18,752 nt of DNA from Candidatus Yanofskybacteria bacterium CG10_big_fil_rev_8_21_14_0_10_46_23. Lineage in GTDB: Bacteria > Patescibacteriota > Minisyncoccia > 2-02-FULL-40-12 > IGHO2-12-FULL-4. Shown here in pieces: positions 1-8,061 of the stretch. Every line of letters begins with the position of its first letter. Position 1 is the first letter of the stretch. The stretch is from positions 18,812-37,563 of the forward strand of contig PCXO01000006.1 of NCBI GenBank assembly GCA_002771135.1. The letters run 5' to 3'. A model generated the notes under the pieces. It made no database searches, was not told the DNA's origin, and saw only the letters and a list, made by a program, of their open reading frames with translations. A program made the translations under genes and the position numbers.

Positions 1-1246
1 TCCTAATGCTTTCGTAAAAGAGTGGTTGGAAAACAAATTTCACCGTCAGATTGTAACCTCTCTGTGTAAACTTGAACCGGCGGTTCGCGAAGTAAAGTAC
101 CATATTGGAACCGCTAGCGCTCCGAGCGATTTATATAAAAAGGATTTCTCTCGATTAATTAACGAGAGCGAGGTCGAGGAGCGGGTCTTGGTTGATGTTG
201 ACCGCCTAACCAATTTAAATAAACGCTATTCTTTTAAATCGTTTGTCGTCGGTTCTCATAACGAACTGGCACATGCAGCTTGTCTGGCTATCACTAAGAA
301 TTTAGGTCGCGTTTATAATCCTCTTTTTATTTACGGCGGGGTCGGCCTTGGCAAGACCCACTTACTGCAATCTCTTGGGAATGAAATTCTCCAAAATAAC
401 GCCACAAAAAAAATTCTCTATATTCCTTCGGATCGACTCACGGCCGATATCGTCGAGAGTATAAAAAATAAAAATATCGAAGACCTTAAGAAAAAATACT
501 CTCACTATGATGTCTTAATGATCGACGATATTCAGTTCATCGCCGGTAAAGAAAAAACTCAAGAGATAATATTTTCAACCTTTAACGAGCTCCACGCAAA
601 AGACAAGCAGATCGTCTTATCCTCAGACCGGGCCCCGAAAGCCATTCCGGCTATTGAAGAGCGTCTGCGCTCTAGGTTTGAGGGGGGAATGATCGCCGAT
701 ATTAGCCCTCCAGAATTAGAAACTCGTTTGGCAATCCTTAAGCTCAAGGCAAAGGAACGCGGTTTCGAGGTTCCCGAGGAAGTTTTTGGCTATATCGCAA
801 CAAATATCCAAAAAAATATCCGCGAACTCGAAGGGGCTTTAAATCGTATCATCGCCGTCAGTCAAATTTACAATCGCGTACCTAATCTAAAAGAAGTTAA
901 AAAATTTCTCCAAACCTACATCAATACTCCTTTCAAGAAAACAACCCCGCAAGCCGTTCTTAAAGCTGTCTCCGACTTCTATGGCATAACGCAAATCGAC
1001 TTAGCCAAACGAAGTCGAAAAAAAGAAGTAGTTCGACCTCGCCAGATTGCCATGTATCTACTCCGCGAAGAAACCAAAGCCTCCTTTCCAGAAATTGGCC
1101 AAAAAATTGGAGGGCGAGACCACTCTACTGTGATTCATGCCTACGAAAAAATTCAAAAAGAGGAGCGTGAGAGTGAGGCAACAAAGCAAGAATTGATTTT
1201 AATAAAGGAGCGAATTTATCAGTCGTTTGAAACCCTAACTACTTAA
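1..1246 (+). CDS. dnaA: Chromosomal replication initiator DnaA. The 5' end is truncated by the window edge: the reading frame is open from position 2, and the ORF-track start at 26 is an internal TTG.
   Basis: Walker [11 protein letters not shown] and Walker B MIDDIQF (AAA+). The C-terminal DnaA DNA-binding HTH reads [48 protein letters not shown]. The upstream in-frame residues [12 protein letters not shown] resemble DnaA domain I. dnaN lies immediately downstream. Confidence 0.92.
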   Translation, partial: PNAFVKEWLENKFHRQIVTSLCKLEPAVREVKYHIGTASAPSDLYKKDFSRLINESEVEERVLVDVDRLTNLNKRYSFKSFVVGSHNELAHAACLAITKNLGRVYNPLFIYGGVGLGKTHLLQSLGNEILQNNATKKILYIPSDRLTADIVESIKNKNIEDLKKKYSHYDVLMIDDIQFIAGKEKTQEIIFSTFNELHAKDKQIVLSSDRAPKAIPAIEERLRSRFEGGMIADISPPELETRLAILKLKAKERGFEVPEEVFGYIATNIQKNIRELEGALNRIIAVSQIYNRVPNLKEVKKFLQTYINTPFKKTTPQAVLKAVSDFYGITQIDLAKRSRKKEVVRPRQIAMYLLREETKASFPEIGQKIGGRDHSTVIHAYEKIQKEERESEATKQELILIKERIYQSFETLTT

Positions 1247-1492
1247 CCCCTGTGTATAGTTGGGGTAAAACTCGGGGAAAACCCTGGGGATAATTGGAGA
1301 CAAGTTTGGGTAATTTAAACGATTAAAAACCAGGCCCGGTGGAACGTCAAAAATTCATCCCCGGCCTCCCCCTGTTTATCAACATTAGAAACAACCCGAT
1401 CCGTTTGAATTCCCGTGTATTTTGACTAGGATATCCGCATATCCACAGAGCTAATAATAGTAATTAATACATATATAAAATAATTTAAATCC
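1247..1492. promoter_or_regulatory. Candidate oriC in the dnaA-dnaN intergenic spacer, with DnaA-box-like 9-mers and an AT-rich unwinding region.
   Basis: TTATCAACA (1376-1384) and ATATCCACA (1439-1447) each match the TTATCCACA consensus at 8/9. A tandem ATATCCGCA (1431-1439) matches 7/9. An AT-rich stretch follows at 1449-1492 (ctaataatagtaattaatacatatataaaataatttaaat). Position between dnaA and dnaN is the classical oriC location. Confidence 0.5.
1262..1297. repeat. Three phased 12-bp direct repeats, GGGG(T/A)AAAAC-like (GGGGTAAAACTC / GGGGAAAACCCT / GGGGATAATTGG), inside the origin-like spacer.
   Basis: The GGGG runs sit at 1262, 1274 and 1286, giving an exact 12-bp period of about one helical turn. 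Read directly from the sequence. Confidence 0.4.
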
Positions 1493-2581
1493 ATGACTGT
1501 TACCGTAAACCGTAATAATTTTTTAAAAGCACTCCAGGCAACGGAAAAAATTATATCCAGAAATCTTAACCTGCCCATATTATCCAACATTCTTATCCGG
1601 ACCGAGCAGGGGAGATTGCGACTAAGTTCAACCAATCTGGAGATCGGGGTTAATTATTGGATCGGGGCTAAAATTGAAGCCGAAGGAGAGATTGCCGTTC
1701 CGGCGAGAATTATAACCGATTTTATGCAGAGTATTTCCGATGATCGAGTTACTCTGACAACCAAAAAAAACACCCTCCTGGTAAATTCAGAAAATTTTAA
1801 AACCCAAATTCTTGGTTTCGAGACCAATGAATTTCCAATCATTCCAACAGTAAAATCGAATCAGATAGTTTTGATCAACAGTCAGACGCTAAAGAATTCC
1901 CTGAATTGCGTTGTTGAGTCAACGTCAATTTCAGAAACTCGGCCGGAGCTAACGGGGGTTTTCGGGATAGTAACCCCAAATCGAATAACCTTTGCGGCCA
2001 CGGATGGTTTTCGATTGGCCGAGATATCTTTAAATCAGAAAAATGAATCTAATTTTGAAGTAATTGTACCGCGGGCAACAATCTATGAATTAATTCGAAT
2101 TATTGGCGATTTAGATGAAGACTTGGAAATTCTTGTCTCGGAGAATCAAATCTTGGTTAAGAGTGGAGAATTTAACGTCCTCTCGAGATTAATTGAAGGT
2201 CGGTACCCCGACTATAAAAAAATAATTCCCAATAATGTTATTTCTCGAGCGTTATTTAATAAAGACGATCTCCAGCGACAAATAAAGCTCTCAAGTCTTT
2301 TTTCTTCGAGCGTTTTTGATATAAAAATCGAAGCTCGAACAGATAAAACAATTATTTCTGCTCAAAACCAAGACAAGGGCGAAATTCACTCTTCGATCGC
2401 CTCAATTCTCAAAAATGAACCCTTCCAGGTGTCATTAAACTACAATTATTTTCTAGACGGACTAAAAGTAATTGATTCTAAAAAAATAATTGTTGAATAT
2501 ACCGGAGAAGGTTCCCCTTTGGTTTTGAAACCGGAAGAAGGTGATAAATTTATCTATTTGATAATGCCGATACGTCAATAA
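1493..2581 (+). CDS. dnaN: DNA polymerase III beta subunit (sliding clamp).
   Basis: 362 aa. The N-terminus MTVTVNRNNFLKALQ...NLPILSNILI...LRLSSTNLEIG is classic DnaN domain I, and the protein has the three-domain length. It follows directly after dnaA. Confidence 0.95.
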   Translation: MTVTVNRNNFLKALQATEKIISRNLNLPILSNILIRTEQGRLRLSSTNLEIGVNYWIGAKIEAEGEIAVPARIITDFMQSISDDRVTLTTKKNTLLVNSENFKTQILGFETNEFPIIPTVKSNQIVLINSQTLKNSLNCVVESTSISETRPELTGVFGIVTPNRITFAATDGFRLAEISLNQKNESNFEVIVPRATIYELIRIIGDLDEDLEILVSENQILVKSGEFNVLSRLIEGRYPDYKKIIPNNVISRALFNKDDLQRQIKLSSLFSSSVFDIKIEARTDKTIISAQNQDKGEIHSSIASILKNEPFQVSLNYNYFLDGLKVIDSKKIIVEYTGEGSPLVLKPEEGDKFIYLIMPIRQ

Positions 2582-2582
2582 G

Positions 2583-2852
2583 ATGAAGAGTTTTGATGAC
2601 CTGACCAAATCGATTCAGGCTCGGGTTAAATCTCAGAATATAGAAATTGAGAGGATCAAGCGGGAACTAGAGAAAATAATTAAACATTATTTTCCCAAGG
2701 AGGAATTTAAAAATATAATCGTCTCCCTATCTTTACGAAAAGATACTCTCATTGTCAGAGCAAAACGAAAAATAATAGCCCAAGAGTTGGGCTATTATCA
2801 AAAAGAAATCATTCGGGCGATAAAAGGGATTACTAAAATTATTTTTCAATAG
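2583..2852 (+). CDS. Small basic DUF721/DciA-like protein, of the family commonly found next to dnaA/dnaN.
   Basis: 89 aa. The start lies 1 nt after the dnaN stop, suggesting translational coupling. The pattern ...IIVSLSLRKDTLIVRAKRKIIAQELGYYQKEIIRAIKG resembles the DUF721 core (T.P..G.L.V.V.S...A.EL......I...LN). No recF or gyrB follows. Weak similarity by eye only. Confidence 0.45.
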   Translation: MKSFDDLTKSIQARVKSQNIEIERIKRELEKIIKHYFPKEEFKNIIVSLSLRKDTLIVRAKRKIIAQELGYYQKEIIRAIKGITKIIFQ

Positions 2853-2865
2853 TTTCTTAGGCAGA

Positions 2866-4986
2866 TCAGTTTAAATCATCTAAGTCTTGAGTCGGACCAT
2901 ATTTTTTTCTCACGGCGGATTCCCAATTTATAGAACTCGGGTCAGAGAATGGATTTTCAGGGATGGCGCCGTGGGGGTTATTTTTATCAACAAACCAAAG
3001 GATGTTATGCACGTTTGGAATTTCCCCGTAATAACCGTTTAGCATTATTTTATCAGAGAAATTTGGTTCGGGTGGCGGAAAGGATTCGTTGGCTGTCTTT
3101 TGGAGAGCTTGGCGCATAAAATCATTCCAAATCGGACCAGCGGTATTTATTCCCAAACCGTTTTGATTCATTGGGGTGTTATTGTTATTTCCAGTCCAAA
3201 CCCCAACCGAAAGTGCAGGGGTGTAACCAATCAACCAACCGTCGCGGTTATTTTGAGTCGTTCCGGTTTTGGCGGCGACATTCCTTCCGGGAATCACAAA
3301 AGGACTATTTACCCCAAAAGTAGGCGCCCGGGCAATGTTATCGGCGAGGATATCATTTATAGTTCGAGCAATTTGACGATCAAGAACGCGCTTTTCCTGG
3401 GGTACCCATTCTTCCAAAATATTACCCGCGCTATCTTCTATTTTAAGGATAAAAGTTGGGTTATTTTTGATCCCGTCATTTCCAAAAACCCCATAAGCGG
3501 AGGTAATGTCCAGAAGGCGGACTTCCGCGCCCCCTAGGACCAAGGAGAGGCCAAAGCGGCTTCTATTTTCTTCAAGGCTGGTTATGCCTAATCTTGTCGC
3601 GGTTTCAATAACGGCATCAACACCAGACAGATAAAGTGTTTTAACCGCGGGGACGTTCAGAGATCGAGCCAGAGCTTGACGCATCGTAACGGGACCATGA
3701 AATTGAAAGTCATAGTTATTGGGATGGTAGCAGTCTAATCCGAAGCGATCCTTATTTTGGTTCGCCTCCGGGGAACAATTTGGGTTAAATTCTGTCGAAA
3801 CATCAAAAATGACCGTCGAGTCGGTAAAACCCTTGCTAAAAGCCGTGGCATAGGCAAAAGGTTTAAAGGCTGACCCGGGCTGACGAAACGCGGTCGCAAC
3901 GTTGAAATTCCCCTCATTTTCGATATCAAAATAATCGCGCGAGCCGACCAAAGCTTTAATTTGTCCGGTTCGAGGATCAATCGCCACCAGGGCGGCGTTA
4001 GAAGATCGGTAGCGTTGCTCGTTTATTTGAGCATATTTTTCAATTGATTCCTCGGCAAGGGTTTGGAGCTCAGGGTCCAGGGTGGTTGTGACTTTTAGGC
4101 CACCGTTTTCAACCGCGTCTTCCCCGAAGCGACTGATTAAATATTCTCGGACCATAATAACAAAATGAGGAGCCTGAATATCTTGAGAGGATGGTTGGAA
4201 AATCAAATCTTCGGCTAGGGCGAGATCGCGAGTTTTCTCGTCGACGAGTCCTAATTCATAGAGTTTGTTAATGACGCCCCGTTGGCGCTGAATGAGAACG
4301 GGGACGTTGTTTCCGTAAGGGGAATAGAAGGTTGGGGCTTGAATCAAGGCGGAAATAGTAGCCGCTTCGGCGTAACTCAGATCACTGGCGTGTTTCCCGA
4401 AGTAAAGTTGACTAGCGGCCTCGATCCCATAGGCATTGGAGCCGTAGGGGATTTGGTTTAAATACATCTCTAAAATCTGGTCTTTCGTAAAACGGCGCTC
4501 AATTTCGAGGGTTAGAATCAACTCTTTTAATTTTCGGGTGAAAGTTCGGTCGGTGACTAAGAGGGCGTTTTTAACCAACTGCTGAGTAATGGTTGAGCCT
4601 CCCTGGGAAATCTCAAGACTTCGAAGGTTCTTAAACATCGCCCGAGCAATTCCCCGAAGATCAATCCCATTGTGCTTGTAAAAATCAGCATCTTCGGAGG
4701 CGACGGTGGCATCTTTGACGGACTGGCTGATCTTATCCCAAGGAACGACGGTTCGTTTTTCCTCTCCGTGGATGTCGTAGAGGACGGAAGCACCACTGGC
4801 ATCGAAGATTTGAGTGGACTGACTCACTCGGCGGGTAATAATGGTGCTGGGGTCGGGGATGTCTCTAATGGTGATAATAAAAAAGCCGATAAAAAGCATA
4901 AACCCCAGCAAGATAAAAATAAGGGCCAATTGGGCCAGATATTTAAAACGGCGCTTATTTCGAAGGAGATCTTTTAGGGTTTTCAC
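2866..4986 (-). CDS. mrcA: Class A penicillin-binding protein (bifunctional transglycosylase/transpeptidase, PBP1A-type), with a GTG start.
   Basis: N-terminal TM helix. GT51 motifs EDADFYKHNGID and RKLKELILTLEIERRFTKDQILEMYLNQIPYG. Transpeptidase motifs SAFKPF (SxxK), SLN (SxN) and KTGTT (KTG). 706 aa. Confidence 0.9.
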   Translation of the reverse strand: MKTLKDLLRNKRRFKYLAQLALIFILLGFMLFIGFFIITIRDIPDPSTIITRRVSQSTQIFDASGASVLYDIHGEEKRTVVPWDKISQSVKDATVASEDADFYKHNGIDLRGIARAMFKNLRSLEISQGGSTITQQLVKNALLVTDRTFTRKLKELILTLEIERRFTKDQILEMYLNQIPYGSNAYGIEAASQLYFGKHASDLSYAEAATISALIQAPTFYSPYGNNVPVLIQRQRGVINKLYELGLVDEKTRDLALAEDLIFQPSSQDIQAPHFVIMVREYLISRFGEDAVENGGLKVTTTLDPELQTLAEESIEKYAQINEQRYRSSNAALVAIDPRTGQIKALVGSRDYFDIENEGNFNVATAFRQPGSAFKPFAYATAFSKGFTDSTVIFDVSTEFNPNCSPEANQNKDRFGLDCYHPNNYDFQFHGPVTMRQALARSLNVPAVKTLYLSGVDAVIETATRLGITSLEENRSRFGLSLVLGGAEVRLLDITSAYGVFGNDGIKNNPTFILKIEDSAGNILEEWVPQEKRVLDRQIARTINDILADNIARAPTFGVNSPFVIPGRNVAAKTGTTQNNRDGWLIGYTPALSVGVWTGNNNNTPMNQNGLGINTAGPIWNDFMRQALQKTANESFPPPEPNFSDKIMLNGYYGEIPNVHNILWFVDKNNPHGAIPENPFSDPSSINWESAVRKKYGPTQDLDDLN

Positions 4987-5030
4987 GGACTTTTGCTATT
5001 TTGCCATAAATTGGTGATCACTACAATTAT

Positions 5031-5070
5031 CAAAATCAAAACCCCCTTGTTTAAAGCAAGGGGGTTTTGA
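5031..5070 (-). terminator. Rho-independent terminator with a 12-bp perfect stem.
   Basis: aaaacccccttg (5038-5049), loop tttaaag, caagggggtttt (5057-5068). On the minus strand the stem is followed by UUUUGAUUUUG. It lies between the acidic micro-ORF and the PBP start. Confidence 0.7.
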
Positions 5071-5081
5071 TTAAGAGAAAA

Positions 5082-5219
5082 CTATTCTTCGTCCGCGGAA
5101 TCAGTATCGTCGGCGTCCTTGTCATCTTCGTCATCCTCATCCTCATCTTCTTCACTCGCGTCTTCTTTGACCTCTCCCTCAGTTTCTTCGTCCATGAGTT
5201 CAAATTTGATCTCGCTCAT
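5082..5219 (-). CDS. Hypothetical 45-aa hyper-acidic micro-protein, MSEIKFELMDEETEGEVKEDASEEDEDEDDEDDKDADDTDSADEE. Absent from the ORF track because it is under 60 aa.
   Basis: ATG at 5219 and TAG at 5082-5084, translated by hand. About 29 of 45 residues are D or E. It sits between two intrinsic terminators (5265-5286 and 5031-5070). TATAAA lies directly upstream of the ATG, so it may be leaderless. There is no SD. It could equally be a non-coding TC/GA-rich simple repeat. Confidence 0.3.
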   Translation of the reverse strand: MSEIKFELMDEETEGEVKEDASEEDEDEDDEDDKDADDTDSADEE

Positions 5220-5264
5220 ATTTTATAGTCTGAACCATAAAGCTGACTTTGTGGTTCAAGAATT

Positions 5265-5286
5265 AAAAAGTGCTCTTCAAGAGCAC
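5265..5286 (-). terminator. Intrinsic terminator downstream of ruvC.
   Basis: Hairpin gtgctc-ttcaa-gagcac (5270-5286). On the plus strand it is preceded by AAAAA (5265-5269), which gives GAGCAC-UUUUU on the minus strand. Confidence 0.55.
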
Positions 5287-5328
5287 ATCGATATTCTAAT
5301 CGGATAAATTTCAATGTCAAGGTCATCT

Positions 5329-5808
5329 CTAGATAAGCTGTGGATTTGTATTGGCCGAACAAATTGCGATTGCCAAGGCATCGGCGACATCGTCCGGAGT
5401 GGGGAGTTCCTTCAAGGATAAAATTAATTGGACCATTTTCTGAACTTGGCTTTTTTGAGCGGCCCCATAGCCCGAGACGGCTAATTTTATTTCATTGGGA
5501 GTAAACTCCAAAATCGGAATCCGGTTTTTCTTCAAGGCGAGCAAAATAACACCCCGAACCTCACTGACTTGGATGGCGGTCTTGGTGTTTTTGGAAAAAT
5601 AGATTTTTTCGATCCCGGCTAAATCGATGGGAATTTTTTTGAGTAGGGCATTGAAAAAGTCATAGACAAGATCAAATCGATCAATGTTATTAATATTTGA
5701 TGGCGTGATAAAAGCTTCTTGATGAATTGAGGTTAACTCGCGCCGATTCTTCTCAATTATGCCGATCCCAATCAGGCTAGTTCCAGGATCAATTCCAAGG
5801 ATATTCAT
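5329..5808 (-). CDS. ruvC: Holliday junction resolvase RuvC.
   Basis: 159 aa. N-terminus MNILGIDPGTSLIGIGII is the RuvC catalytic Asp motif, and the protein has the RNase H-like length. ATGA overlap with yebC. Confidence 0.9.
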   Translation of the reverse strand: MNILGIDPGTSLIGIGIIEKNRRELTSIHQEAFITPSNINNIDRFDLVYDFFNALLKKIPIDLAGIEKIYFSKNTKTAIQVSEVRGVILLALKKNRIPILEFTPNEIKLAVSGYGAAQKSQVQKMVQLILSLKELPTPDDVADALAIAICSANTNPQLI

Positions 5809-6335
5809 TCTAGATTAGTATGGACCGCTTCCACATCGGCGTGATCCTCGACGAGCTCAATAAAGCTTAGAATTTTATTTTTGCTCGCTTCGCTAACCGC
5901 AATTTTATTTTGGGGAATGAAGTCACTCTCAACGGCTCGGAACATCCAGAGAACAGATTGTGGCGGGACCATTTTGATCTCGTAATCTTTTAGAATAGAT
6001 TTTAATTCACTAATGGTCCGGTTGGTGTTATCCGTGACCGCTTCAATAATAAATAGGGAGGCCTCTGGCCCGACGGCCGCGATTTTTATATTTTCAAGTT
6101 GAGTTGTGGCGTGATCTTGGGCTCGTTTGATGGCGCGTTGGATATTTATGCTGGGCATGTTGATTGAGCGGGCTTGTTCAAGGGCATTTTTAAGATCCAG
6201 ATTCGTATCCGGATCGGCGCCTTTTTGAGCGGCCATGGAGATTATTTTAGCCAATTTAGAGAAAGCCCCACCCCTTTTTTTATCGCTGGCCTCTTTTTTA
6301 TGTTTTATTTTTGACCATTTATTGTGTCCGGACAT
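5805..6335 (-). CDS. yebC: YebC/PmpR-family protein, a minimal 176-aa form apparently lacking the usual middle domain.
   Basis: MSGHNKWSKIKHKKEASDKKRG...DPDTNLDLKNALEQAR is the YebC N-domain. ...GPEASLFIIEAVTDNTNRT matches the conserved YebC core. It is about 70 aa shorter than the typical 240 aa. Confidence 0.85.
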   Translation of the reverse strand: MSGHNKWSKIKHKKEASDKKRGGAFSKLAKIISMAAQKGADPDTNLDLKNALEQARSINMPSINIQRAIKRAQDHATTQLENIKIAAVGPEASLFIIEAVTDNTNRTISELKSILKDYEIKMVPPQSVLWMFRAVESDFIPQNKIAVSEASKNKILSFIELVEDHADVEAVHTNLE

Positions 6336-6373
6336 GTTTTTAGGCTAACAAAAAAGACACTTAGAACTCAAGC

Positions 6374-6976
6374 TTATTTACAGGGAGCATGAAGAATACG
6401 GTCAAATTCGCTCAGAAGAGCGGCTTCGGTTTCGAAGGAGCGAAGATATTTTTCTGATAAGCCCTTCCAACCGCTATCGGTGTCACAATAGTAATATTTT
6501 GAGCGGGGGAAGGAGCTAGTGTAAAAAATATGGCCCAAGGTCGGCGTAACTACAGGAGATTCTTCCACGGGTTCCGGGCTGGCTGATGGGCTGGGGTTGG
6601 TCGAGGGTTGCGGGGGGTTCGCCCCAATCGGAGACGCCGAGGGCGTTATTGTCGGTTCCGGACTGGTCTGGCGGGGGCCTGGGGAGACGGGCGGGGTGGG
6701 AGAAGGCCCTTCCGCCTCTTCCTCAGACGTGGCCTCGATTGTCGGAGTCGGAGGGGTTGAAGATGTTAAAGATTCTGAAGTTTCCGTTCTGGTTTCCGGA
6801 CTGGCTTGGAGAGGACTTGGGGAGACAGGTGATTGGTAACTTGGGGCACTTTGAATTAAATAAGGAAGTCCGGCCCCTTGTCTTTCTGGTAAGGAGTTAT
6901 CTTCGCTTGACAGCAAAATAGCGCTTGAAATACCGAGAAAACCAACCAGAACTAAAGTGGCAATCTTTTTGACCAT
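6374..6976 (-). CDS. Secreted or membrane-anchored protein with a Pro/Ser/Thr-rich linker and a small C-terminal Cys-containing domain (Ada Zn-binding-like pattern).
   Basis: N-terminal signal peptide MVKKIATLVLVGFLGISSAILL, then about 110 aa of PST-rich low complexity. The C-terminus YYYCDTDSGWKGLSEKYLRSFETEAALLSEF...HAPCK resembles the F/Y-C-x6-...F.S..EA..AGFRPCK module. Its start overlaps the ruvB stop (TAATG). Confidence 0.5.
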   Translation of the reverse strand: MVKKIATLVLVGFLGISSAILLSSEDNSLPERQGAGLPYLIQSAPSYQSPVSPSPLQASPETRTETSESLTSSTPPTPTIEATSEEEAEGPSPTPPVSPGPRQTSPEPTITPSASPIGANPPQPSTNPSPSASPEPVEESPVVTPTLGHIFYTSSFPRSKYYYCDTDSGWKGLSEKYLRSFETEAALLSEFDRILHAPCK

Positions 6977-7995
6977 TAAATCAAGGAGGCTTGTTTCGGA
7001 TCGAGGGCCATGCCGATATGGCGCTTCCCGGTCTCGGTGATAATTCGACCCCGGGGAGTCCGATCGATAAAGCCAAGTTGCATTAGGTAGGGTTCATAGA
7101 CATCCTCAATGGTCTGCTCTTCCTCAGAGAGAGCGGCGGCAATGGTTTTTATTCCAACCGGGCCACCATTAAACTTTTCTGAGATCAGGCTCAGGATTTT
7201 TCGATCGGTCGCCTCAAGACCGAGCGGGTCGATTTCCAAGAGACTTAGGGTATTTTGAGCTAGATCTACACTGATCTCGGCTTGGTTGTGAACTTGGGCA
7301 AAATCCCGACAACGCTTCAACAGGCGGTTGGCAATTCGAGGGGTTGACCGCGCAGAAGCCGCAATGGTTTTTAGGGCGGCCGGGCTGGCCTTTATTCCAA
7401 GGAGTTTAGCTGAGCGGTTTAAAATCTGGGTGATCTCTTCAGACTGATAGTAATCAAGTTTATGACTGACCCCAAAGCGGGAGCGAAAGGGGTTTGATAA
7501 AAGAGAAATTCTGGTCGTGGCGGCAATTATTGTAAAGCGCGGCAGGTCAATTTGGAGAGTTTTAGCGGCGTTGCCTTTGCCGATTACGATATCAAGACGG
7601 AAGTCCTCCATGGCCGGGTAAATCGTTTCCTCAACCAGCTTATTTAGGCGATGAACTTCGTCGATGAATAGAACGTCTCCATTAGAGAGCCCGGTTAAGA
7701 TAGAGCCAACGTCTCCGGCCTTTTCAAGAGCAGTTCCCGAGGTCAGGCGAAGCCCGACCCCCATTTCTTTGGCGACTAAATGGGCCAAGGTGGTCTTCCC
7801 CAAGCCAGAAGGGCCGTGGATCAAGATATGCTCAATCGGCTCCGATCTTTTTTGAGCGGCCTGAATAAGAATCGATAAATTTTTTTTGACGCGCTCTTGA
7901 CCGACGTATTCATTAAAAGTCTGGGGTCGGAGGGCCAAATCGAGATTTTTATCGTCTTCAATCTTGACTGGTTTGGTTAAATCTTGAGTTGACAT
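6976..7995 (-). CDS. ruvB: Holliday junction branch-migration ATPase RuvB.
   Basis: 339 aa. Walker A GPSGLGKTTLA, AAA+ sensor motifs and a C-terminal winged-helix region. The lengths and motifs are typical for RuvB. Confidence 0.95.
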   Translation of the reverse strand: MSTQDLTKPVKIEDDKNLDLALRPQTFNEYVGQERVKKNLSILIQAAQKRSEPIEHILIHGPSGLGKTTLAHLVAKEMGVGLRLTSGTALEKAGDVGSILTGLSNGDVLFIDEVHRLNKLVEETIYPAMEDFRLDIVIGKGNAAKTLQIDLPRFTIIAATTRISLLSNPFRSRFGVSHKLDYYQSEEITQILNRSAKLLGIKASPAALKTIAASARSTPRIANRLLKRCRDFAQVHNQAEISVDLAQNTLSLLEIDPLGLEATDRKILSLISEKFNGGPVGIKTIAAALSEEEQTIEDVYEPYLMQLGFIDRTPRGRIITETGKRHIGMALDPKQASLI

Positions 7996-8016
7996 AATTA
8001 TTAAATCATGTAAAAT
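7989..8016 (+). promoter_or_regulatory. Near-consensus sigma70-type promoter (TTGACA-16-TAAAAT) on the plus strand, overlapping the ruvB start codon and pointing into the pilB-ruvB intergenic region.
   Basis: TTGACA at 7989-7994, a 16-nt spacer, and TAAAAT at 8011-8016. No plus-strand CDS lies downstream. Confidence 0.45.
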
Positions 8017-8061
8017 ATGGGGAGATTTGAGAAGTAGGCCGGGCCTACCTCTCTTTAGTTT

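Noticed and set aside
3100-3537. Plus-strand ORFs (145 aa and others) inside the PBP gene. The same applies to 4672-4977, 6586-6921, 6597-6839, 7664-7855, 8516-8701, 9102-9311, 10888-11306, 12048-12314, 13369-13752 and 15107-16279.
   Set aside because: These are antisense or alternate-frame shadows of confidently assigned genes. They show no motifs, and the long ones occur in GC-rich stretches where spurious ORFs are expected.
5119-5307. 62-aa poly-Ser ORF on the plus strand
   Set aside because: It is the antisense frame of the TC/GA-rich simple repeat. The composition is low-complexity, there is no start context, and it sits inside a region bounded by terminators on the opposite strand.
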